This document shows positions 1-11,823 of a DNA stretch of 64,000 nucleotides, piece after piece. Both the position numbers and the translations under genes were made by a program. Origin of the DNA: Plasmodiophora brassicae. Lineage: Eukaryota. Where the stretch lies: contig CP145416.1 in the NCBI GenBank assembly GCA_036867785.1, positions 992,001 to 1,056,000 on the forward strand, given 5' to 3'. The notes under the pieces were generated by a model. It did not search any database and was not told the origin of the DNA. It saw nothing but the letters and a program-made list of their open reading frames with translations. How positions within the stretch are numbered: position 1 is the stretch's first letter; each line of letters begins with the position of its first letter.

Positions 1-2927
1 ATGGTATCCGGCGACTGGAAGACCGCCATTAAACAGTTCGAAAAACACGTTAGGGAATTCTCGAGGATTCGCACGTCGGCGAACGATAACAACATAGAGA
101 AGCTTCGGTTTGCGTACGAGAAATGGCTTCGACAGGAGTACGTATCCTTAGAACATGCCACCGAAACGTGTCTTGCAGTCTAACAGGTTGCGTTCAGGTA
201 CTACACGATCGCAACGCTCATCAGCATGCTTCGCGGCACCTCAGATGGTTCGTCTGAAAACGCCGACTTGATCGATATGCTGGACAATTCCGAGGTTCGG
301 TTTCTACAGCAGGCTGCTGTGCACGCCATCCGCCGGAGGGATTGCGATTCAACGGTTCCTTCACTTGAGCACCACTACATCGAGCAGCTTCGTGAACTGA
401 TGTCACAGCCGCCCTTTTATTTTGGGCAAACACCTCGATGTAATGCATATTCTATGCCTTCTTTTCTAGAGGACTGATCATGTGGTGCGAAGACGACGAA
501 TATGACCTCGACCATGTCATATCTTGCGATTTGCTCGTGCTTCCAGAGGCATCATTCGACCATTCTGCCGACATCGTGACGTTGCTGACAATGGCGCGAA
601 AGAAGCTGACGTCACGTCCTGGTCCTGAACGAACCAGACAGGTGCTGCAACTGGACCTGCTATTGGCAAAACAGCATCTCCATGACCAGCAGTATCAAGC
701 AGCAAGGCCATTGCTCCTAAAGGTTATTCGGTCACTGCCTTCTTTAGTGTTTCTTATTCCTTTGCCCGTAGGCCGCATCCGCCTATCGTCGTGAAGGGTG
801 GACACAACCTTTGATTGACTCGCTTCGATGGGTTCGCGCATGTGAGCGGCAAGTCTGGGAGTGGCTGCCATCATGTGTGCAGACGACGTTCGAGATTGTG
901 TCTTTGCTAGATGGACATGGTACGTAACCGGAACAGCAAACATATCGACTGTCGTGTAATCGATTTGCAGATCATGAGCGTAAGGACCTTCAGGATGATA
1001 TCCTGGCAATGCTGTCACAGCTTAGCGAGCATACATCGAATCCTGCCGTGATTGACATGTCTCTGTCAAAGAACCTTTGTACGATTCGCTTGATTGCGTC
1101 TACGCTGCCTTTCTTTTGATGGTATTGCAGTACTTGCATCAGCTATGGGCGACCAAGTCTCCCTGTCAAGGTTCTTGTCAACGAAACAAACTCACGATAC
1201 GGTGCTGATCAATGTTTTATCAGCAAACTGGAGTTCGACATCATTGTTAACCGCATCGAACTATTGAATTCGAGCGACCAATCCGCGTCCTCCAACGTGG
1301 TGCCCAGTGAATCGTCACCAGGGACCCTGAGACAGTCGTCCCCACTTCATTTCCTTTGTGCTGTGGAGGCGCTTACCAGTGCGACGCATGTCGATGTCGG
1401 TGTCATAGGGGCAATCTTGCGCATCCCTCTTCAAAGGCAAGACCGTGATCTACGAGTACAACTTGAAAACGTGGTCAGTACCATTAAGATGGCAAAGTAG
1501 TTGTCTACGTTTGACAATGCGTTACTTGTTGATAGGGACAGACTGTCAAAATCAAATGCAGTGCCCCTTCCCAGGCGTATTGGCAAGAGTACTGCCCCCT
1601 GTTGTTCGAGGTTGAAAACTGTTATGGTAGGCACCTGATTACGTACGCCGTGATCGTTGCCCACGGTTGCCCATAGACATTCAAACGTTCTCCATTGAGT
1701 CGTCATGCCTGGCATTCACTGCGGATCGATCTCCACTTGGGCAAAACGAAGAACGTCCTCTGTTGCACGGGTCCAACGGTTCAACCCAGGTCCATCTGCT
1801 GTGCTACATTGATAGTCTTCATGACGTCACGGTTCGATGTAGCCGGGCTTACTGCTGGAGACGTGTCTAAATGGTGGACAGGTAACGCTGAACCTCTGGA
1901 TGGGTTCTAGTCTACCTTTGCAGCATTCTGTAACACTGAGCGTCGTTGAAGCGTTCAACGTTAATGCTTCTTGGTTGACTGTGGGTGATACGCCGTCATG
2001 CTCTGAATCGTCGTCTATTGTACAATTGTCGGATTCTTCGGTACATGTCCTGCATGCGCAGATAACGAATACTGCATTGATACCTTTGGATGTCAAATGT
2101 ATCGAGCTCGTGAAGGTCCACCCTCCCATTGTTTGTTTGCCTGCAAGTGTCGGTTTGCTCACTGGCTTCGCAGAATTCCGATTTCTTCATGGATGATGAT
2201 TATGCAACGGACGCCACTTCATCTGCAGGTGTGGCTCCTCGCTCGATTCTGTACGATATGCTTAGGGGCTCCTGATGATAGGCGTTGTGAACCCTTCCGA
2301 TTCGCTGACAGTCCAGTTTCCTGTGGTTCCCCATCGCAATTGTAAACAGGCTGCTGGATCACCTGGGTCATTGAAAATCCAGTGGAGCCGCCCTGAGTCT
2401 GAGTGCGTCGGGCGTGGCGTTCCCCAACAGCCTCAAGTGGTACTGCGAGAGGTCAAGCCGCTTGTTGCCGTGACACATGAACTCGTCAAAGCCTTCGTCG
2501 ACGTCCCGGCATCGTGTGAGCTGGCGACACCATTCGCTGTCACGATCAAAATCGTATCAGAGTCGAGATCGTCGTCTAGGTAAATGTGGCCATGCAATCC
2601 CGTTCTGCCGCGTTAACGTGTGGGTCCCCCCCAGCATCGACGTTGCCCTTGATCATGTACATGCCCCGTACTTTCAAGTGCTGGGCCCGCTTCGGGTAGC
2701 AGCTCGATCCATTTCAGTTCCGCTGCATGGACTAACAGTGCCGGCAGGGCGTTGTCCACGTCCCATCCCAGGGCGCCGCATCCCTGCAATGGACGCTGAT
2801 TCCACTGCAAACCGGATTCGTCAGGCTTCCCCGGCTATCGCTGACAATGTCGCAATCGGTGCTGCTGGATCCGGACTCACTGTCAACAATCTTCGTGCAC
2901 CCTTGCGATATCAACAATCTAATATAA
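1..2927 (+). CDS. TRAPPC11: Trafficking protein particle complex subunit 11 (foie gras/gryzun), 5'-partial, multi-exon
   Basis: Exon peptides [65 protein letters not shown] resemble the foie-gras domain. C-terminal [25 protein letters not shown] resembles gryzun. Stop TAA at 2925-2927. Confidence 0.8.
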
Positions 2928-3016
2928 CGACGGCAGCCTTGCAAGCGTCCAGTGGCGTTGGTTACCGACGAGTAGCAAGGCCAGATCCGGTTCCGTCTCG
3001 GAGTGCGTCGTCGTCA

Positions 3017-3430
3017 ATGGACCGTACGTCGGCGTCGCAGACTGTCGAGGAGCCGCTCGACCTCATACGCCTGTCCCTGAACGAGCGCATCCTCGTGCAA
3101 TGCAAAGGCGGTCGCCAGCTGCGCGGTCAACTCCACGTCGGTGCTGGCCGGTCTCATCTGCGTCCACGGATGACCTCATTTGGGAATGTAGGCCTACGAC
3201 CAGCACCTGAACATGGTCTTATCCGATGTCGAAGAGGTCGTCACAACGATCGACGTCGATGAGGACACATTCGAGGAAATCATTCGGGTGCGGACTGGTT
3301 GTCGTTGTCGTGCGGCGTTGCTCATGTCTAACGGCATGCCCATTGGCAGACTACGAAGCGTGCGATGGAGCTCGTATTCGTTAGAGGAGACGGCGTCATT
3401 CTCGTGTCACCGCCGGTTCGAACTGCATGA
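3017..3430 (+). CDS. LSM3: U6 snRNA-associated Sm-like protein LSm3 (3 exons; introns 3137-3191 and 3288-3349)
   Basis: Spliced product [94 protein letters not shown] has the Sm1/Sm2 motifs typical of LSm3. Confidence 0.95.
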
Positions 3431-3711
3431 AACGCATGGCAATAAACCCGCAGTGTCGTGAGCATTCATGAGGCTTTCGTTTCTGCTGGCCGCGTTGCTG
3501 TGTGTTCGTTGCCCCGCTTCGGGCGACGGCGGCAAACCGTGTTCCTACCCGTGCACGCTATCTATTCGGGCAGGATCGTCACTTGTATCAGCGTTGCTGA
3601 CCCGGCCCCTGTGAACTTGCAATATTTTACGCCTCCTGTCTATGCAATATGTAGTTCGGCACGGTCCGTGACTCGGAGGGCGGGCGCCGCCGCTCGCACT
3701 GCTATTCGCGG

Positions 3712-3817
3712 TTCGCCACTGCAGTTCGTCAGTGCAGTTCGCCACTGCAATTCGCCAGTGCAGTTCGCCACTGCAAATCGCCAGCGAAGTTTGCCACTGC
3801 AAGTTGCCAGATCGCCA
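3712..3817 (+). repeat. Degenerate 13-bp tandem array (about 7.5 units, TTCGCCA[C/G]TGCA[G/A]) alternating as a 26-bp dimer
   Basis: Read directly: TTCGCCACTGCAG TTCGTCAGTGCAG TTCGCCACTGCAA TTCGCCAGTGCAG TTCGCCACTGCAA ATCGCCAGCGAAG TTTGCCACTGCAA GTTGCCAG ATCGCCA, ending 2 nt before the ATG at 3820. Confidence 0.9.
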
Positions 3818-3819
3818 TC

Positions 3820-4284
3820 ATGGATTCGACACATTACTTCCCGGCGCGTCGCCCGGTGACTGCCGACGAATGGGCACGGATCGTGGGCGCCGCCGAGAGG
3901 ATCGTGAAGATGTCCCCGGTGCCGCTGGCGGGCAGCACGGGCGAGCGCGGGACGTCACCGGTTGTCAGTGAGACGATGGTGGCGTTCAACGGTGTCGGCG
4001 ACGACGCCGGGCACGCATTCGTCCTGGCCGCCCCCGATGCTGAGCGCGACCTGCTGCCTGCGTTGGACCCGACGCAGGCAGCGTTCCACGTTTGCCGAAC
4101 CGAGGAACGCCCGTACGATACGGTCGTCAAGGCGGTCCTTGCCGCCGTCGAGCATATCGCCCCGGGGGCGTTCGCCATCATGTCCGACCACGCCGAGCGC
4201 CACTGGCACGATGGATTGGAACTCGCCAGCGCCGCTCTCGGATGCAAGGTGCCGTTCCCGATTCACGCCGGGCATCGCGACTGA
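3820..4284 (+). CDS. Intronless 154-aa hypothetical protein resembling a phage/bacterial family (THY..FNG..C.T...PYD.VV..SD)
   Basis: Clean ORF with GC-rich third positions. Motifs STHYF, AFNGVGDDAGHAF, VCRTEERPYDTVVKAVL and IMSD recall the MGYTHYW/FNG/HETF/FCKTARKPYD/SSDG hypothetical family (from memory). Confidence 0.7.
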   Translation: MDSTHYFPARRPVTADEWARIVGAAERIVKMSPVPLAGSTGERGTSPVVSETMVAFNGVGDDAGHAFVLAAPDAERDLLPALDPTQAAFHVCRTEERPYDTVVKAVLAAVEHIAPGAFAIMSDHAERHWHDGLELASAALGCKVPFPIHAGHRD

Positions 4285-4929
4285 AAATCCCAATCGCTAC
4301 TGAACGCCATTTGTGTTGCCTTGCCAATACCGGTTCCGTCATGGTCACCAATGTCGTCGGACAGTACTTACCTAGTCAGCGCTGGTCCTCGGCATAGAGT
4401 CGACCCGGTGACGCGGACGTCATTTCTGGACGTCGCTCCCGTCGCACGCGCCGCTGCCTTTGCCATGTCCCCCTGGTAAGTTGCTGCACCGGTTGGATGT
4501 CGTGTTCCACCTGTTCGCCATTCGCATTGGACCCAGACGTCACTGGGAGTGAGCCGAATGGCCTGATGGCCGGAGGTACCGGCGATTACTCACAGCCTTT
4601 TCACCGGGCCCAGGACAAAACGGTCACGAACGTACTCTGCACACATCGCGCCTGGAGGACATCACAACGGGTGCGCTGGATTCACCCGGCCTGGCAAACT
4701 TCACCGCCACCGTGTCTTCCGATGCCAAAGAATGCTGCGTCATTGCTGCCCGACCAGGGATGGCAATATCGTCCTATCAATCGCGATTCCTGGCCCTTCT
4801 TCGGCTGGCTCAACTGCCAAACGTCGAACGATCCGGCCCCGGTAGTGTGGTGATTCAGATCGGTGCCCACTCGTCACTGAATCAGGCACTCGAGCAAGGC
4901 CATCATGAGAGCAGGGAGGACACGAAAGA

Positions 4930-5860
4930 TCCGTCTCCCAGCATCGTCGTTGACCACCGCTGTCTCTGTTATTGCCACCGTCGCTCTCCAGTCCCCGATC
5001 TGGATCCACTCAAATAGGCCATGATTGTTGGCACTGTGGGTCATCACTGGGCAACTGAATAAGAGCCTGCAGGTAGGAGGCACAGGAAGTGTAACGACAG
5101 GAACGGTAACTTTGCTGACCATATTCACATGACGTACCTCCCTTGCAAGACTGGTGGTCGCATACTTGCGATGCAAACAAGCTCATCAGCTGTTCAACTC
5201 TATTACGAAGCCTTTGTCACGAAGTTTGACGCGACGTAATCCACTCTTGTGAATGTCTAATTGGGCAGCGCCGCTCGTCAACATGCTCGAGCAGAGCACC
5301 TGGCCGCTTTCTTCGGCCCCTGTCTCGCAGGCATCCTTGCCGTACTTTCAAACCATATCGACGAGCGATCGTGAAAGAATGGCCGAGTCGTGGCGTGTTT
5401 CCGTTGTCGCGCGCGGCGCGCACCTACAGATCCTCGACGTGGAGGGGTCGGCAAATCATGGTGTCGACTCTGACGCACAGCATGGCACTGCTAAGAACAC
5501 GTATCGGGTACACGCTGGCAAGTACGACTGGTTCATCAAAAGTTCGAGCAACGTTGACGAATCGGCCTTGGACCGCGAGGTCAATCCGAGGAATGGCTGA
5601 TTCTCCACAGACGGCTTCGTCAGGTTGCAGAAACAAACGACTTGAACACGGAATCATCGTCCGGAGTCGTCCTGAGCCGAACGTCCTTCAGCTCGCCAGC
5701 GACGTAACTTCGCAGGACCAGCTTGCTGAGACGAACAATACGCGCCCATAACATCCCGGGTTGAGCCGCACGTTGCCGCGTTGGTACAGGTCAGGTCGAC
5801 CAGCCTGGTGCTTGCACCCACTGGTGGTATTTTCGACCCAGGAACAACCTGGGCGCCCTG
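4930..5860 (+). pseudogene. Possible decayed Crinkler-type REase + kinase gene remnant
   Basis: Fragments broken by stops/frameshifts: GNFADH..GGRILAMQTSSSAVQLYYEAFVT, TYRVHAGKYDWFIKSSSNVDESALDRE and HVAALVQVRSTSLVLAPTGGIF. These loosely follow the order of CR-REase and kinase N-lobe motifs. Confidence 0.25.
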
Positions 5861-6161
5861 CCAGAGCCGGGCAAGGGAGTCATGCAGGGCATCCTCCCCT
5901 GTCCTGGGTCCCTGACAGTCGGACCTTGTGCCTCGGTTCGTCCACCGCTGTGCCTGTGCGATTGGTGTTGGACCGAAACCCTATGTAGGTTTTCCTGAGA
6001 CGACCGGCTCGGTTTTCTCCTGTTGCTGCAGTCATCTTGTCAGGTTGGCAATGGCCCATATCGCAGTCCATACCAAGGTCTCCTGACCGGGAACAACTGT
6101 GTAAACAGGATAAGGATCGTCGGCACTGCATTTCAAAACACTGGAGTTGTTTGCACATGTG

Positions 6162-7385
6162 CTATGGCCTCGTCGCGTTGTTTAGGTCGATGTAGATGGC
6201 TGTCGAGTCATCAATGTGGTCCACGGACAGGGGATCATCGGGAAAGAACAACATCGCCAGGCTGTGCTGTTTGTGGTCCCCCGGCGGGGCACTGTCGATG
6301 AACTCGATCAATTGCTCGTGCCCTTTCAGCGTCTTCCGGGCACCTGAGGTGACCAGCGTCACACTCCTCACATTAGTCAACGGCTCAGACACGACCTCAT
6401 CTGGAGCGCGTCGGAACGCGCCTCCCGTCATCGGGACGAACGGCCTGCCGTTCGTTTGCCAGTTACTCCATGCGCGGCGATCTCTCGTCAGCGACTTTAC
6501 GATTTTCAGGTCGGCCTCAGTGTACTTGTCGCACATGACGTGAACCAGGGCGTTCGCCGCGTCCAGGTCGCAGAAGAAATCGCCAATGGACCCGTACATC
6601 TTTAATCCCGGGATGCCGACTCGCTGGTCAGGACCCAGCATCCCGTGTCGGTCGTACGGCCGCTGCTTGTCGTTCGAGTACGGCATCCCGGCCAGCTTGA
6701 ACTCCGCCTCGACGATCGACGGCAACGCGCTCATGGTCTGGGTCGCCACGACGTGGACGCCCGACTTGGTGTGGATCGCGGCGGGGCTGTCTCCGACAGC
6801 GCAGACATGGACGTGCCCATCGGCAACGATTGCCATTGTCGCGGTCGTTCCGCCGGCATCTCGGACGTCCATCCCTTTGCCTTCCAGTGCCTGGCGCTTG
6901 ATAATGTCGTGGACCTCGCGAGGTACGCGTCGCATAAGATCGTCCAGGTCAGCGGTCTGTTCGACCATGGCTCGCGCGAGCACATATGGCAGGTACTGGG
7001 CTGCGAGCTGGGCAATGGTTCCAGAGTCGTGCCCGTCGTAGACGGCGAACCACGCCACCCGGCCATGTCGTTGCTGGACCCGCGAGGCAACGTCGTCCCA
7101 GTATGCGTCATCGGTCGCTGCGTACGGCGGGAACTGCCCCGTAGACGTTAGCATTGCACGGCGCCGCCCGTCGGACACATGCTCAGCCAGGTCCAGGATA
7201 ACATCACAGTAGTCCTGTCGGGTCGTCGACGGCGCCAGGATCGCGTGCGCGTGCACCGCCGTCGGCCCGATCGCCGTCTGCCCTTCCCAGTGGCAGACGC
7301 CGCATGTCGGGAACCGCGGGTCGTTACTGGCCGCGCGCGCCCCGATCCTGCGCCGACACCTCGCCGACGCCGTCCGCAACGCCAT
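6162..7385 (-). CDS. Intronless PP2C/PPM-family phosphatase-like protein with Arg-rich (mitochondrial-type) N-terminus
   Basis: Motifs RQD, FAVYDGH, GGTTATMAIV, VCAVGDS, GSIGD and DDSTAIYIDL in canonical order. Likely start MALRTASARCRRRIG at 7385. Confidence 0.85.
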   Translation of the reverse strand: MALRTASARCRRRIGARAASNDPRFPTCGVCHWEGQTAIGPTAVHAHAILAPSTTRQDYCDVILDLAEHVSDGRRRAMLTSTGQFPPYAATDDAYWDDVASRVQQRHGRVAWFAVYDGHDSGTIAQLAAQYLPYVLARAMVEQTADLDDLMRRVPREVHDIIKRQALEGKGMDVRDAGGTTATMAIVADGHVHVCAVGDSPAAIHTKSGVHVVATQTMSALPSIVEAEFKLAGMPYSNDKQRPYDRHGMLGPDQRVGIPGLKMYGSIGDFFCDLDAANALVHVMCDKYTEADLKIVKSLTRDRRAWSNWQTNGRPFVPMTGGAFRRAPDEVVSEPLTNVRSVTLVTSGARKTLKGHEQLIEFIDSAPPGDHKQHSLAMLFFPDDPLSVDHIDDSTAIYIDLNNATRP

Positions 7386-7636
7386 CGACGATCGACCAAC
7401 GGGGAACTGCACTGTTCTATTTTGACGCCGCCACACCGGACTGCCACTGGCGACCGAGTCGGCAGCGACTGGTGTGTAACACATTGCCCGTAGCTCTGCA
7501 GTACGTACTGCACATGCGCGTCAGGCGGATGCCCCGCCGCAGTGACTGGCTGCGATCGCTACGTCGCTGTGTACGACGTATCATACGGCGATCCGCATTT
7601 AATCCAGCGAGGCACTATACCGTACGTGTCTCTGCT

Positions 7637-9676
7637 ATGCTAGAAGCCGATTCGCCTCCGTTGCTTCGGCGGCCGTCTGCGGTGCTGTCCGAGTGGGTCC
7701 AATCCGTTCAGGCGAGGTGTGCGTATCGCCGGGTCCTGATCGTGTCCGTCGTTCTGGCGGTGGCGTACCTGCTGACATGCGGCGCCCTGGCCCTCCAACT
7801 GTTCGGTGCACGAACCGCGGATGGCTCCGCCCCTGTCACTATACGTTGCCATGAGACGTTCGTGCGGGATACCGGGTCGACATGCGGCATTAACGGTCAG
7901 AATTGTCGACCGTTCGTCAGCGACTGGGTAGGGGATGCGCCTGGCCGCCGGCGATACCTGTAATCATGTGTCGCAGGTGACGTATCGCTGCCCACGTGAT
8001 TGCCAGTCGGCACCAGATGTCTACGGGAGCGGCCCTTATCGTGCTGATTCGCCCATCTGCCGAGCCGCCATACACGCCGGCCTAATCGACTCGAGCGGCG
8101 GGTGTTTCCAAGCGAAACTGAACGGGAATGCTGACTTCTTGCCGGCGTCCTCCCGTCATGGTATAGATTCAGGTGGGCCCACTCAAGCTGTTTTAGAGTC
8201 AAACTCGAGACTTAATCCGATAACGACAGTGGAATTCGCGGCACCGTTTCCGATCACGTTCACCGTCAAGAGCGCACCAGGTTGCCGGCTGTGCTCGGAT
8301 CTAACGCCAATCCTGCTGCCTCTCATGCTGTTGACGATTGTGTCTTCGATACTGGTGGGGATCTCCGACCTGGTCCTGTGGTGGGTCATCATCCTTAACT
8401 CCCTCGTATACGTCAATGTGTCTGTCTTCTCGTTGCTGGACCCCGTCGTGTTCGCGGAGAATACGCTGAACAATGCCTTCGGCGTGTTGTTCGGCTGTTG
8501 GATCCTGTGGCGGGCCGGAGGTCGAACGCATTTCGCCAGCGTACGGCACTGCCCACTAGAGATGTTTCTCTGTTGCATCCTGCCCTACCTCGTTGTCATC
8601 CACCTTGACTACATGTAACGTGTTAACCACCGGGTCTTAGCATGCTGGTCCGGTTGATGACACGGTTCCTGTAGATATTTGATCAGCAACGACCTCAACA
8701 TCATGCTGTCCGGGCACTTCTTCGCAAAGACGCCCCCGCTTGTATCGATCGTGTTCGTCGTGTTCCTCTTCGTGCTGTTCATCGGCGTGGCGGCTGTTCA
8801 TATGCGTGTTATCATGCAGACGTACAGTGAGTTTGTAACACTGGTGAAGAATTACGCCCAGTGGACCAGCACCTTCGTTGCATTCATCATTCCGGTCGCC
8901 ATCGCCTCACAAGGCATATCACCGGCTTCTTCCGATCAGGCCTAATGTCTAACGTGTTCTGCCACAGGGAAACTGCTGCCTCATCTACACCATTGGATGG
9001 TATGAATGGGTGATCTGGCGTGCGATCAGCTAACAATGAGTGCAAGGTGCCGCTGCTGTTCTGGCCCATTCTGGCCTATCAAAAGACACCCACAAGACTA
9101 ACCAAGGTGTCACAAGCGGTGCTGCTAGGATTGTATGTGAACGGTGCAGGGCTGTGGGGGCTTGCCGGCCCTTATGACCTGACATCGTCTTTCGTCGTCG
9201 ACACCTGGAACCCATACTTGGTATCAGTGGACGACGATGGAATGCTTACTTGCTAAACGACCTTCCCAACAGAGGGTCGCGTCAAACGCATTCGATCCCC
9301 AGACAAACACTTCAGTCGTGAGCGTTGCGTGGTCGCCGAATGTAACTTCACACGACTCTGGCGTGTACAGCCTCCAGTTCAGCAACGTGGAGCTGTATCG
9401 TGGACCGTCACTGAATTACACGCTTCCGCGAATCAAGACAGATAGCATGTATGCCGAGCGCATCAGCCTGTTCCAACCCTTGTCTGATTATCAAACGACA
9501 GGTACCAGTACCCAGTCTGCCTGGCTCGTGTTCTCAGCAAACAGGTCGGCTCGCTTCCTGTCAACGCTGTCCCGTGGTCACTGATGCCCTTGCAGGCGGT
9601 CTGCAATAGGCACAACCTGCTGTACTTCAACTCGACAACCGGGCTGGCGGCCCTATTGCAAATGCCTCACGAATGA
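7637..9676 (+). CDS. LCCL-domain multi-pass membrane protein (multi-exon)
   Basis: TM helix, then CGINGQNCRPF, RCPRDC and VYGSGPYRADSPICRAAIHAGLIDSSGGC (LCCL signature). Many TM segments follow, including HLDY and LHLHHW, then an Fn3-like tail. Stop at 9674-9676. Confidence 0.85.
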
Positions 9677-9859
9677 ACGGGGCTACTATTCGTTTGACCA
9701 ATCGCAATCAGTAATCAGGTGCGCAGATATTTTCAGCGTGCCGCGCTGTTGGGCGTTGGGAAGCAATCCGCAAACGAATCGCAGCTCGCGGTGGTAGTCC
9801 GCTGCTGCCGCTGCTGCCAGAGTCGTAGTCGTCGTGAGTAGTGGGGACAGTGGACGGCC

Positions 9860-11263
9860 ATGTCTGACGACGCCGCGGCGCGTCTCGCTGTACTGCGCAC
9901 CGCGATCCACGCGCGCAAGCGGACGACGAGCGCCGTACCCTGCCGGTTCTGGGTCGCTGGCAAGTGTTCGCGCGCCGCCGCCTGCCCGTTCGCCCACACA
10001 GAACGTCGTAGAGCGGCCGCGCCGCAGACCGCTGTATGAACGTTTGCTCGAGTCCTGACTAATTGCACGGCCTTAGATGCGGTTGTAGGAGGAACGTCTT
10101 GAGATTCTTCGACGTTTACTGAACCGGAAGAAAGGGATCGCGAAGGTACACAACGCCAAACCCGCGAAAGTCTGGCTTCGTAACGGCGTATCGTTCGGAA
10201 AGCCTATGGGTAAGGGCGTTTTAGGTAGTTTGCAGAGTCTCTCATCGTCCGACTGCAGACGCGCCGAAGGCGACGAGATCGAAATCATTTGTGGTTAATG
10301 GTGTCCGGTTCCGGTTATCGAATTGCGGTCGCAGCCTTGTTCGATGCGATTCACCTCCTCGTAACGTGATGACGCCCGCCCCTTTCGTTCCGAGCCGAGT
10401 ACTGCTCAATGGCCTGGAATTCATCAAGACCACAACGGTAGCGTGTTTTCGGTTGCCTAGGCGGATCCAGACATTGACGCAGGTTGTCGTTTACAGGGCT
10501 CCTTAGTTCGTTCGTCGATGCAGAGCAGTCGGTACTCGGCGTCGCGCGTGCTCAGGAAAAGTTTACAAGTTTTACGGCGTAAGAAGATCGATAAGCGTTC
10601 CAAACAGCCGTGCATGTTTTACTGTCGATTCGGTAATCTCTAGTTGCTCGCCACGATTACTGCGTTAGGTCATCTCGTGTTCTGCTCAGGCGATTGCAAG
10701 GATGGCGATAAGTGCCCATACGAGCACGATCGTTCAAAAGTGGCCGTTTGTCGAGATTTCATTGCAAATGGTGTATGCTCATCTCCTGATACCTGCAAGC
10801 TTTCGCACGAACTGGACCGGAACAAGATGCCTGTTTGCACCCATTTCCTGAAGGTAGATCTATTGCACTCCTCGTCCCGTTGTGTTGAATTTCGTGTAGG
10901 GCCTTTGTACAAAAGGCGATTCCTGTGTTTATCGCCACGTGAAGGTTAATCCAGGGGCTGCCGTTTGCCAAGACTTCAATAGAGGTTATCGTAATCGCAT
11001 TTCATTTGGCACATCATTTTCGTTGACGTATTTGCCCAGGATACTGTGCAATGGGCGAGAAGTGCCGTCTCAAGCACGTCTATAATTCGGCACCTGCGAA
11101 GCCGAAGTCGCCGACGCCTGCAGCACCGTCGCGTGCCTCGCCGTCCTCGACCGCTGCTGATAATGTTCTCGTGATTAGTGACACAGACAATGCAGTTGCC
11201 AGCGAGGGTGCTTCTGCCACCCTCAGCATTGTTCCGAATTTGAGATTGCCCAGTTGGGTATAG
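9860..11263 (+). CDS. CCCH zinc-finger protein, ZC3H3-like (multi-exon)
   Basis: One N-terminal CCCH (CRFWVAGKCSRAAACPFAH) and a C-terminal run: CMFYCRFGDC..CPYEHD, VAVCRDFIANGVC..CKLSH, MPVCTHFLKGLC..CVYRHVKVNP, VCQDFNRGYCAMGEKCRLKH. Confidence 0.85.
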
Positions 11264-11397
11264 AGTTTGCAGGCGTCCATGTGCAGATCATGGCACGTTG
11301 CTAGAGCAACAATGACGATGGTGTGCACCGATACCTGTCAGCCTATCTATCGTAATATCATATTCGCATCTGATAAAGCCAATCTTGGCATGATGAT

Positions 11398-11823
11398 TTA
11401 TCGTCGCTTCTTGGAAGATAGGATTTGGGAGATTCGCACAGACGACCCATCGTTTTCGACAGCACGAATGTCCCGGCCGGACAGCGTCAGTTGCCCACGG
11501 CTGAACTTGCCCAGACCAACTTTCAGGCCGCCGGTGCTTTGCCTGACCGCTGTTTTCTTGACCACGAGATTTCCTGCAGCGATGTCGAGCGCTTCCTGCC
11601 GTTTCTCGCGCATTCTCTGCTTAGCACGCATCCCCTTGAGGATGTTAATGGGCGTTCTAACATTCTTCGGTGCACGACCGCCCAGTGCCTGCACACGCTT
11701 CGCATCGTAGGTCCTCTTCTGCTTTTTGTCGAACTGTGAAGCACCTAATCGTTCAATGGTTCTCGCATCCAGTCGAAGCGAAGCTGAGGAGTTCTCGCGA
11801 TCAGAGGTAGTCGCAGGGTTCAT
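11398..11823 (-). CDS. 40S processome assembly factor, Faf1/C1orf131-like
   Basis: LGASQFDKKQKRTYDAKRVQALGGRAPKNVRTPINILKGM..GLKVGLGKFSRGQLTLSGRDI; small basic protein. Confidence 0.75.
   Translation of the reverse strand: MNPATTSDRENSSASLRLDARTIERLGASQFDKKQKRTYDAKRVQALGGRAPKNVRTPINILKGMRAKQRMREKRQEALDIAAGNLVVKKTAVRQSTGGLKVGLGKFSRGQLTLSGRDIRAVENDGSSVRISQILSSKKRR

Noticed and set aside
3712-3817. CRISPR-like array
   Set aside because: Units are contiguous 13-mers with no unique spacers, there are no cas genes, and the context is eukaryotic.
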